From a virus (lineage: Duplodnaviria; Heunggongvirae; Uroviricota; Caudoviricetes), in IMG/VR virus record IMGVR_UViG_3300043172_001414: a stretch of 64,000 nucleotides of DNA. One strand, 5' to 3'. Positions within the stretch are counted from its first letter, which is position 1. Every line of letters starts with the position of its first letter. Below, one piece after another: positions 44,023-52,545 of the stretch. Under the pieces are notes generated by a model. That model made no database searches, was not told the origin of the DNA, and worked only from the letters and a program-made list of their open reading frames with translations. The position numbers and the translations under genes are program-made.

Positions 44023-46456
44023 ACTTATATCTGTATGTGATGTTAGATACCATTTGAACTATTTCTAAAGCTAATGAATAGTTTGTTATGTTACCGCTAC
44101 TATCTCTCATACTGTTTCTAATTGCTTCCTTCATTGTTTTATTTAATCTAGAAGTGAATGATCTGAAAAAATCAGAATCTCTATATGCATCCGCTACAGG
44201 AGTGTTCAATTTGTTATTATACATGTTATCCATTAGTTCTTGATAAAATGTTCTCTCTGTTATTCCTGCAGTTCGTATTTCACCTGATTCATATGTAGAC
44301 CAAGTACCGACTGCAAATGGTGGGGTTTCTAATTCAATCTGTTTATAGTCTGATATATCATAATATTCAGAATCTATTGGCAATGAACCTAAAAAAGCGT
44401 TTGGTCTGTTCGTTTGATACTCAAATATTGCTTGTTCTATCAATGATACTAAGGTTGGTTCATACGCTAATGGGACTAGACCAGTACCTACTATGTCAGG
44501 GTCTGTAGATAGATCTGTCACCGGAGTATATGTACCTGATGTTACAGGGAGAGGTTCGAAAGAAATATCTGCATTGATAACTTCTCTGTTGTTCTCTATA
44601 ATTTCTACGATGTTAGATATGAATACAGGTACATTAAAGTCAGCATTATCGTTTAAGAATGTATAGATCTGATTGTTAACTCTAGTTCTAAGATCGTTAA
44701 TGCTTGTTAGGTTACGGAGGTAAACGTTACCGTCAATACCATACTTTTGAATGATTGGAGACATGTATAAGTTCTTAGTTGTAATCTGTGCTCGTGTCTG
44801 AAGATCGGCAACTACTTTTCTTACATTCTCTATTGCATTTAAGCTTTCCTGATCGTTAAGTGCTTCTATTACGCCACCACCACAACTTGTAGATGAGTTT
44901 TTAATGTAAACGTTAAAATAAGTCTGCTCACCAAAACTTGGATTTTCATCTGTACTTAGGAAATAGTCACCCTCAAGTATTGTTGTTGTGTAGCTAGAGC
45001 TATCGGCAGTAGTTAAGTCTTTAGGTGAGTACTGTCCACCAGGAGGCAATAGATATAAGTCACCAACTACTGAGAAAAATACTATATTAAATAATTTTAC
45101 AAGTGCTCTAGTTTGGATGCCTGCCTTGTTAAGGGCTTCAACTTCTTCTTGTTCACCCCAAGCTAAAGCATTATTGACATTTATTGGTGATGTTAACGAC
45201 TTAAGAAATATAACATAGTCTTGCTTTGATACTAATCTGTCAAGTGACTGAAATAGGGAAGGGGCATTTACTTTAATAGACTCCATACTTTCCAAGTTAG
45301 CACCGCCAACGATGTTACTATTAAGTCTAAACTCAAAATTCTTAGTTATTAATAAAGATGGCTTTCCAATCACTTCAAGTGTGTTACTTGTTTGGACTAG
45401 TTCAGTTTGTACGCCTACTTTATTTGGTGTAGTTCCATCTGTAGCAAAGTATTGAATGTATATATTGTCAGAGGTTGTTCTAGCGCCAATCTGAGATATC
45501 AAGTCATCACCGAATAATAGTTCTACTTCTTCTTTAGGAGTTGTTCTTAATAAACATACCTTCGGTACAACTAAAGTCTGAGTTTGGTTTAATACTTCTG
45601 GATTTGTAAGTAATGATCGTCTATCTATAGCAAATAAGTTATCTTCTGTATCTAAAGCGGTATCTTCATCTGGGCCTACACCTACTTTAGTTAACCCCTC
45701 GACAAGGTCAAAGACTGCAGTGTCAGTATCATAGTTAAGATCTTCTGTGCCGTATAGGTTTGAGAATCGATTGTCTGGGATAATATACTTTTGAAATATT
45801 TGTCCGGCTTGTGAGTTAGCGCTACCTGGAACTTCTTGAACTATAATCTCACCTTGGAGGATAGCAATTGGTTCGGTTGCTGAAAGAGGTACATTACCGA
45901 ATTCATTAAGTACTAAATCTGATTCACTCGTAACGGCTACGTTAACTGTTTTTCTAAATGCTGGGTTACTTGTACCGTCTGCAATATCATTAGCGGTAAA
46001 AATATACTTATACGTCTTAGTTAAGATGTATGGGAAGCCTTGGTGTTGGAACTTGGTATTAAACTTCTGAAAGTATACCTCATCACCAGCCTCTAAACCT
46101 GAGGGTAGTGGCCCTTTTATAACGATTTCGAGTGAACTCGAAGCTGGGATAGGTCTTGTAACTATATAGCCAAGTATCTTAGCTAATACAATAACTGAAG
46201 ATTTTAACCGTGCAGTATCAAAATACTGTTCTTCAGCTCTTCGTTCTAGATAGTAGTTCGTTAAATCTGTAGTTGCTGCAAATATCTCTATGATTGTTTG
46301 AGATATTGAGCTTTCTAAGAAGTTCTCAAACCTGGGATCTGCATCCAATCTGTTTGAGATATCACTTCTAATTTCATCGAATGTTAGGTTGGTGTAGTTT
46401 AAAAAGTTACCAACATTACTTGAGCTGTTATTTCCGTTAGCCATTGTTACTCCCAT
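44018..46456 (-). CDS. gp6: baseplate wedge subunit gp6
   Basis: NYTNLTFDEIR, EQYFDTARLKSSV, LGY, ESMESIKVNAP, RLVSKQDY. Confidence 0.88.
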   Translation of the reverse strand: MGVTMANGNNSSSNVGNFLNYTNLTFDEIRSDISNRLDADPRFENFLESSISQTIIEIFAATTDLTNYYLERRAEEQYFDTARLKSSVIVLAKILGYIVTRPIPASSSLEIVIKGPLPSGLEAGDEVYFQKFNTKFQHQGFPYILTKTYKYIFTANDIADGTSNPAFRKTVNVAVTSESDLVLNEFGNVPLSATEPIAILQGEIIVQEVPGSANSQAGQIFQKYIIPDNRFSNLYGTEDLNYDTDTAVFDLVEGLTKVGVGPDEDTALDTEDNLFAIDRRSLLTNPEVLNQTQTLVVPKVCLLRTTPKEEVELLFGDDLISQIGARTTSDNIYIQYFATDGTTPNKVGVQTELVQTSNTLEVIGKPSLLITKNFEFRLNSNIVGGANLESMESIKVNAPSLFQSLDRLVSKQDYVIFLKSLTSPINVNNALAWGEQEEVEALNKAGIQTRALVKLFNIVFFSVVGDLYLLPPGGQYSPKDLTTADSSSYTTTILEGDYFLSTDENPSFGEQTYFNVYIKNSSTSCGGGVIEALNDQESLNAIENVRKVVADLQTRAQITTKNLYMSPIIQKYGIDGNVYLRNLTSINDLRTRVNNQIYTFLNDNADFNVPVFISNIVEIIENNREVINADISFEPLPVTSGTYTPVTDLSTDPDIVGTGLVPLAYEPTLVSLIEQAIFEYQTNRPNAFLGSLPIDSEYYDISDYKQIELETPPFAVGTWSTYESGEIRTAGITERTFYQELMDNMYNNKLNTPVADAYRDSDFFRSFTSRLNKTMKEAIRNSMRDSSGNITNYSLALEIVQMVSNITYRYKL

Positions 46457-46460
46457 TGTC

Positions 46461-46874
46461 CTATAATATTACTTTCTTTTTAAAATTACTTTGAATGCCA
46501 CTATTTCTAATTGTGTAAGGAATCTGAAGTAACATGGTGTTGTTATCAAGAAAAAGATCTAATTTTGCGTTTTGTCTGTCTAATATTACTCTGGTTTCCC
46601 AGGCTTCTATAGCGTCTAATACACTCTCGAATATACCTACAGCGTCTGATGTTGTTATAGCGTCGAAAAGACTCAACTGAAGTAATGATCCGAAAGATAA
46701 TACGAAAACTCTCTCACCAAATATGGTAAGGAGTATATTTTCTATAGATACGTTGATAGCTTTGTCATTAATAACTTCTACTTCAGTTAATATGTTTTTT
46801 GACAAATCGTATGCATAAGGATTCGTAAAATCGTTCCTTAAAGTAGAGCCTGGATGTAAGATACCGTTAGACAT
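46461..46874 (-). CDS. gp25: baseplate wedge subunit gp25
   Basis: DKAINVSIENILLTIFGERVF...FGS...WETRV. Confidence 0.9.
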   Translation of the reverse strand: MSNGILHPGSTLRNDFTNPYAYDLSKNILTEVEVINDKAINVSIENILLTIFGERVFVLSFGSLLQLSLFDAITTSDAVGIFESVLDAIEAWETRVILDRQNAKLDLFLDNNTMLLQIPYTIRNSGIQSNFKKKVIL

Positions 46875-46891
46875 AAAAAACCTTTTTCAAT

Positions 46892-46899
46892 TATTTATA
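46892..46899 (-). promoter_or_regulatory. T4-type late promoter
   Basis: TATAAATA upstream of gp25. Confidence 0.8.
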
Positions 46900-47703
46900 T
46901 TATGAAAGAGTTTCGTCTACAGGAACACCTCTTGGTGGTTGTTTTGATAGGATTTCTCGTCGTAAATTTGCGATTCTTTGTTTTAAATCGTTATCTTTTT
47001 CTACAATACTTTCTACGAATGGATCTACTGTTAGGAAATAACGTCCACTAGTTTTCTGAACTTGTAGTAAGTCTTGGAATTCTTCCTTTTGACGAGTTCC
47101 AGCTACTGCGAAATTACAAAGGGCGAATGCACATTGGAAAAAAGGATCTAAGGTATCAAATAAATCTAATATTCCCAGGTTTCTTAATTCTTCTAGGTAT
47201 TCTTCTATTAATTGAAATATATCTTGGTCGAGTAATTGTTGCTCTAATGCATCAAGTTGCTCACTGATTCTATCGAGTAATTCATCTGTGTAGTTTTCTA
47301 GTAGACTTCTTAGTGATGTTCTACAAACTAATTCTTCAAAATTCTCAAAACTTTCTCTAGCAGCGATCTTTTGTGCGTCAGTTAAGCCTAATAATGTACT
47401 GTCAGGTGCTAAAATAAAATCAATTAATGCTTCACATTGACTCAGTACTTCACAAAAGTTTGCTTTTATGTCTAGAAGGTCTAATGCGTCTACATTAAGT
47501 ATAGATAATACTTGTTGTTCTATGATAACAATAGCGGTTTCTATAGCTGCATATATGACTGAAAATATTCTTTTAAGAATGCTTATAAAAGATCTGTAAG
47601 CTAATTGGGGAATAGATAGTGCAGTTTTAATAGTCGCAACTATTTCTTCATAGATCTGTTCTGCCATTTGGCAATAAATTACTTCTGGTGAGAATGCTCC
47701 CAT
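46900..47703 (-). CDS. alpha-helical hypothetical protein in baseplate cluster
   Basis: 267-aa ORF with AGGA RBS; scattered Cys. Confidence 0.75.
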   Translation of the reverse strand: MGAFSPEVIYCQMAEQIYEEIVATIKTALSIPQLAYRSFISILKRIFSVIYAAIETAIVIIEQQVLSILNVDALDLLDIKANFCEVLSQCEALIDFILAPDSTLLGLTDAQKIAARESFENFEELVCRTSLRSLLENYTDELLDRISEQLDALEQQLLDQDIFQLIEEYLEELRNLGILDLFDTLDPFFQCAFALCNFAVAGTRQKEEFQDLLQVQKTSGRYFLTVDPFVESIVEKDNDLKQRIANLRREILSKQPPRGVPVDETLS

Positions 47704-47714
47704 GATATATTTCC

Positions 47715-47882
47715 TTATGTTGGGTTAGTCACTACAACTGAAGTAGGTTCAATACCTTCAAATGATTCTATTGGTTGTGTAAATATTGCTGTTACTGTTG
47801 GTTCCGAAATTGATAACAATGAATTAGTTGCAGGTAATATTGCGGTATCAAAATAAAATGTTGGTAAAGTTACGTCTGGCAT
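47715..47882 (-). CDS. 55-aa protein duplicating the C-terminus of the upstream gene (not in ORF track)
   Basis: GAGGA RBS; ISEPTVTAIFTQPIESFEGIEPTSVVVTN vs VLEPTVTGFFIQPEEPFEGIDPTRVVITN. Confidence 0.75.
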   Translation of the reverse strand: MPDVTLPTFYFDTAILPATNSLLSISEPTVTAIFTQPIESFEGIEPTSVVVTNPT

Positions 47883-47889
47883 GTTATCC

Positions 47890-49263
47890 TCACGATTTAT
47901 TGGTAATCACTACTCTTGTAGGGTCGATACCTTCAAATGGTTCTTCAGGTTGTATAAAGAATCCTGTTACTGTTGGTTCTAATACACTTATATTTATATT
48001 TGCAAATTCTAATTCAGCTTCCTGTATGCCGTCCACTACTACGGGGGTAGCTAAAGCATTAGAGTCTATGTTGTCGTAGTTAGTATTAATGTTATCTATG
48101 TCTGCATTATTGAGTAGATCTTCACATGCATTGGCGGTTTCATCTGGTAAACCTTCGAATAAACTGGTTGTTGTAGGGTTATCTTCTATTACCTCTCTAG
48201 CATCATCTGGTATAGTCTTGAATACTGTATCGGATATAGCTGATGTCTCAGGTATTCCTAATAGATATTCACCTATAGGTACATCAAATGATTCTGAATC
48301 TATACCATTACCACTATCTATACAGCACATAGAGTCATCTGAGTCAGGATCACATCCTGCAGATACTACATTATTGATAAATTCATCATCACATGATGGG
48401 TCTGGGGTGTAACTGTCAGTGTCTGCATTATATATGATAGAACATTTACCATTATCTACTGGTTGATCGACAAGATTGTCTAATATTTCTTGTTGTTTTG
48501 CTATAATAGACTCGTCTGACAGATCACTCATACCAAATAGACTTAACATCTCAGCGAGTACTTCAGTTTTACAGGCTATCCCTACTGGAAAGTCTGGACA
48601 ATCAAGCATTAACCAGAAAGGAAACGTCATTCCTGAATATGCAGAGCCTATTATGCCAGTAGTAGCTACAGGAGTTATGAAATTAGCTAAGAAACCTGCG
48701 AATATAAAGTTAGACAGTATCTCAAATGGTGCTTCTAATGGATTTAGTGATGCTAGGTCAGAAAATAACCCTGCTGCACCTGCTGCAAGCATGCTATAAA
48801 ATGATACTGTTCCCATTATAGGCATTAATGGGAAGTTAACAACTGAAGTACCAAAGACTGTTGGGGGTATAGAGAAGGGTGTATTAATTGATGTCACCAT
48901 AGGGGGTGATGAGAGCCACGTAGCGATCGCTTGATAAAACTGGTTGTCAGGTACAGGGTTTGCAATTCCAGGGCCTACAACTGTATCTAAAAGCGTTTTA
49001 AGGGTGGCTGGTGGTGGTATGACCACGTTCATTGAACACATAGCTGCTCCTGGTATAGGAGGGGCAGTAGCAATGACACCAACTGATGGAAAAACAGGGG
49101 GTAATAGCATTATTTTCTGCAAATTTAAGTAGAAGTATAATGCATTTGCTATACCTTGATTGGTAGCCTGTTTAAACTGAAGTGGTGTTGTACCTGGGGT
49201 TACTATTAAAGGAGCTATATTAGCTACGATATTAGCTATCATGAATCTTCTCAATATAATCAT
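47890..49263 (-). CDS. Pro-rich/hydrophobic N-half, acidic Cys-containing C-half protein downstream of gp5
   Basis: ORF track; likely start MIANIV at 49242. Confidence 0.75.
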   Translation of the reverse strand: MIILRRFMIANIVANIAPLIVTPGTTPLQFKQATNQGIANALYFYLNLQKIMLLPPVFPSVGVIATAPPIPGAAMCSMNVVIPPPATLKTLLDTVVGPGIANPVPDNQFYQAIATWLSSPPMVTSINTPFSIPPTVFGTSVVNFPLMPIMGTVSFYSMLAAGAAGLFSDLASLNPLEAPFEILSNFIFAGFLANFITPVATTGIIGSAYSGMTFPFWLMLDCPDFPVGIACKTEVLAEMLSLFGMSDLSDESIIAKQQEILDNLVDQPVDNGKCSIIYNADTDSYTPDPSCDDEFINNVVSAGCDPDSDDSMCCIDSGNGIDSESFDVPIGEYLLGIPETSAISDTVFKTIPDDAREVIEDNPTTTSLFEGLPDETANACEDLLNNADIDNINTNYDNIDSNALATPVVVDGIQEAELEFANINISVLEPTVTGFFIQPEEPFEGIDPTRVVITNKS

Positions 49264-50127
49264 TTACTCAATTCCTGTTATACTTCCACATGGTGGTATG
49301 CCTATATCTCCACCATGTGGAGCTGTTGTATATGGATCAACTTTTAATGTATTAGGAACCCAGTTAAAGCTATCAGGGCCTATGATTTTATTCTTAGCAC
49401 CTAAAGGATTGATAAGGTTCTCAGCCTTTATAGTATTCTCAGTAGACTGTACCTTAAATTTACCTTCACACATTATAGTCATATCACCACCGACATTGAT
49501 ATCGAGATTACTTTTGATGTTTAATGTAATGTTTCCTATCTTTGATGAGTCACTTGCATTATTTGGGTTAGATGAAATGCTTATGTCTGTATTGTCGATC
49601 TTTAGATTACCATCTGCATCTATGTCTACCATCAATCCTGATGAGTGTCTATAGGTTGTTACATTAGTAGCTCTATTGATCTTGAAATACTCTCCGGTAT
49701 CTGTCTCAAAAAATATCATTGAATCAGGATAATTTTCAGTAAGACCAGCAATAAAATGTGAATCATTCATCTGATCTTTCTTAAGTACTTTAGTTGTGTA
49801 GCGAGGTAAATAGATGTCATCGTTCTCGAAATAGACTTTAACTAAAGTTTCTAGTGGTGGGACTACGAATGAACCGAGTGTACTACCTATGAAGTTAAAG
49901 TCTGGTATTGCCCACGGGAGGTTATTATCAGGAATGTCTTCATCGAACACACCAAAAATTCGTATTCGAACTCTTCCTTGTTGGTCGGGGTCGTTGTTAT
50001 CGACTACTTGTCCAGAATAGAATGATAGTTTTTTCTCAGCGTTGGGGTGTTGCTGATCTATGAAGTTTTTAAGGGAGTCATTTATTTGTTCTGTAAGTCT
50101 TGATCTTAATAACTTATTTTCGTTCAT
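49264..50127 (-). CDS. gp5: baseplate central spike gp5 (OB fold plus short beta-helix, no lysozyme domain)
   Basis: GQVVDNNDPDQQGRVRIRIFG, LPWAIP, GSFVVP, VKVYFE. Confidence 0.85.
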   Translation of the reverse strand: MNENKLLRSRLTEQINDSLKNFIDQQHPNAEKKLSFYSGQVVDNNDPDQQGRVRIRIFGVFDEDIPDNNLPWAIPDFNFIGSTLGSFVVPPLETLVKVYFENDDIYLPRYTTKVLKKDQMNDSHFIAGLTENYPDSMIFFETDTGEYFKINRATNVTTYRHSSGLMVDIDADGNLKIDNTDISISSNPNNASDSSKIGNITLNIKSNLDINVGGDMTIMCEGKFKVQSTENTIKAENLINPLGAKNKIIGPDSFNWVPNTLKVDPYTTAPHGGDIGIPPCGSITGIE

Positions 50128-50137
50128 GCTGTAATCC

Positions 50138-51373
50138 TTAGGATGTCAAATTGAGTTCAAAATCCTTATCAAATGTAGGTGGCTCTAATCCATTTCTGAA
50201 TACTGTGAGTAATGTATTATATATACCATCTTTAGAAAAGTGATGTACGATCCCACCAACTAGATATTTTCCTGAAAGAACATCATTTGTTGACAGTCCA
50301 TCTTGTGAGTTAACTGTTAAATCGATCTTATCAAATAGGTTGAGATTGTTATTTGGTTTCGAATTAATCATAATAGGGGCTGAGAAGAAGCCTTGTTTAA
50401 TGTATCTGTTTTCTGAAAGACTTCTAAAATAATTCTGATGTACGTTATTTTCTATTCCATATACATTATGATCAACTATCTCACCTGCATGCGCTTTGTT
50501 TTTTAACGAAGTGGTTGACATCGAGTGGATGTCACTGTCTAAATTTATTGAAGTGTTGTTATTGCCGTCATAATATGATACGTTTGAACCGTAGGCCATA
50601 TTTTTATTAACAATAGGTGCTAGGCTTTTATAGTCTAAGCTATTATATGTTATTACTTCTTTGGTTGCGTCATCTTCAGGCATGTTTCCTGGATGTGATG
50701 TTGCTAATGCTGAATACATTGCAATGAATTTTGATTCGTTTGCGGCTTCAGTTTCTATGCTGGTATATACCATTTCACTATTACGGTTTGTAAAGCAGAA
50801 TACAGAGTCAGCTTCGGATAAGAATGCTCTATCGGTTATATCTTTTATCATTTCACCATTAGATAAATGTGTTTGAAGCCAGGTCATGTTGTCTGAAGTT
50901 TGTATTCTTATGTCAGGGGTAAACCCTGTGTTCTTAGCGATAGTTTCTATTACTTTAGATGATGGCTGGTCTTCAAAGGCTTGGCTTATTAAAGGGAATA
51001 ATAATTTGTTATTCTTCAACACTCCAACTATTCGAACTAATGATGATGTATTTTCACCAGTATTACTATTTTCTATTGATACAGATTCTGCTACAAAGTT
51101 AACTACTATTAAATTTTCAGTATCTTCGTTTATAGAATATTCTAGCTTAATTGGTGTACCATCAACAATTGGATACTTCTCATTAAAAGTTCCACTGTCA
51201 TTTAATACGATGTCAATTCTGGGTATAATGTCAAATATCCATTCATACAAATGAAGGTTTAGAATACTTTCTGACGGAACGTCTACTTCACCTATGGTAA
51301 GAAGTGAGTAAAAATTAACCGTGGCTGTCAGTGAAGCTTTGTTATTAATTTTTTTGATATTGTTATCGGCCAT
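50138..51373 (-). CDS. baseplate hub protein (gp27-like)
   Basis: position before gp5; C-terminal LSGKYLVGGIVHHF; 411 aa. Confidence 0.65.
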   Translation of the reverse strand: MADNNIKKINNKASLTATVNFYSLLTIGEVDVPSESILNLHLYEWIFDIIPRIDIVLNDSGTFNEKYPIVDGTPIKLEYSINEDTENLIVVNFVAESVSIENSNTGENTSSLVRIVGVLKNNKLLFPLISQAFEDQPSSKVIETIAKNTGFTPDIRIQTSDNMTWLQTHLSNGEMIKDITDRAFLSEADSVFCFTNRNSEMVYTSIETEAANESKFIAMYSALATSHPGNMPEDDATKEVITYNSLDYKSLAPIVNKNMAYGSNVSYYDGNNNTSINLDSDIHSMSTTSLKNKAHAGEIVDHNVYGIENNVHQNYFRSLSENRYIKQGFFSAPIMINSKPNNNLNLFDKIDLTVNSQDGLSTNDVLSGKYLVGGIVHHFSKDGIYNTLLTVFRNGLEPPTFDKDFELNLTS

Positions 51374-51693
51374 TATTTTTTCTTCCTGAAGTCTTTATAG
51401 TAATCTTCAATGTCCATCTCATTAAGTAATGTTAGCGAATCATTTGGTTCCATGTCATTCCAGATATCATCAATGTTATTAAACTTCATAGTGAACCACC
51501 ATAGATTGGGTTTACTATAATTTTTATTAGCTAACAGCTCAGGTCTCTGGATGTCTTGAGATTTGACTGTATAAAATGTTTTAGCTCTTTCGAAACGAGT
51601 CTGATTGAAGTTATTAGATATAAGGTCATTTTCAAGGATGCCGTCTATATTATTTTTATCAAAAAAATTTGTTCTGCTATATTTATCTGCCAT
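51373..51693 (-). CDS. gp53: baseplate wedge subunit gp53 (LysM-like)
   Basis: YTVKSQDIQRPELLANKNYSKPNLWWF...NNI. Confidence 0.8.
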   Translation of the reverse strand: MADKYSRTNFFDKNNIDGILENDLISNNFNQTRFERAKTFYTVKSQDIQRPELLANKNYSKPNLWWFTMKFNNIDDIWNDMEPNDSLTLLNEMDIEDYYKDFRKKK

Positions 51694-51702
51694 ACGATCC
51701 TC

Positions 51703-52536
51703 TTATCTGTTTATTGATACGTTATAAAAACTTGGTTTGCCGTGAACACCTGATTGATTTTTAGGTTTCACTGATCTTGCACTTAGTTTAACATCGAAGT
51801 CTGCGTATAGAGGCCCAGCTAAAGCGCCAGTTGCAGGATTTTTAACTTGTGCTATTGAATAAGTAACACTACCACTTTCAACTATCATAGATTGGTTTGA
51901 AAATAAATTTCCGACTGTTACAGATACTGTTGGTGATCTTGGCCCTTCAGCTTTGTCTAGTGCTGCTTCCATGTCACTATTTTTTTGTGTTAGTTCACCA
52001 CCGACATTAAGGATTGCAGCTATTGTTCCACCTGCAGTATCAAGTAATGTTCCAACTTTTGATGTTCGTATGTCACCACTTTGTACATTGTCTTTTGTCG
52101 GGAGTGCTTTTGTATTAATGGCTGAACCTACAATAATATCTGAATGGTGAGGGAGCATTGCGTTTGCTAGTGCTTGAGAATATTGCATTACGTTTCCAGT
52201 GCCGTTATAATCAGTCACTCTAAATTTTAAAGGTAGTTCAACATATGCATTTCCTTTATATATTTTACGAGTAAATATTCCTTGATTTAAAAACTGTTCA
52301 CCTGTCACTTCAAAACTTTTTTGTATGACTGAAAATTTACCAAAACCCTCAAACATTCCTTTCCACGAGGCTGACATATTCCACTTAAAAGGATCTGAAA
52401 GATAGCCTACGATTACAGCACTATTAGATCCGTGCGATATGATTGTAACTTTATTATTGTATAATGCACCTTCTGTACGAGAAGTATCGTCGAATAAGTG
52501 TATGTTCTTTTTGTTTATTTTCTGTGGAGAAGCCAT
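51703..52536 (-). CDS. baseplate tail-tube initiator (gp48/gp54-like)
   Basis: tube-like pattern (SVTVGNLF, IVESGSVTYS, PLYADFDV); position after tape measure. Confidence 0.55.
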   Translation of the reverse strand: MASPQKINKKNIHLFDDTSRTEGALYNNKVTIISHGSNSAVIVGYLSDPFKWNMSASWKGMFEGFGKFSVIQKSFEVTGEQFLNQGIFTRKIYKGNAYVELPLKFRVTDYNGTGNVMQYSQALANAMLPHHSDIIVGSAINTKALPTKDNVQSGDIRTSKVGTLLDTAGGTIAAILNVGGELTQKNSDMEAALDKAEGPRSPTVSVTVGNLFSNQSMIVESGSVTYSIAQVKNPATGALAGPLYADFDVKLSARSVKPKNQSGVHGKPSFYNVSINR

Positions 52537-52545
52537 AATTTATTC

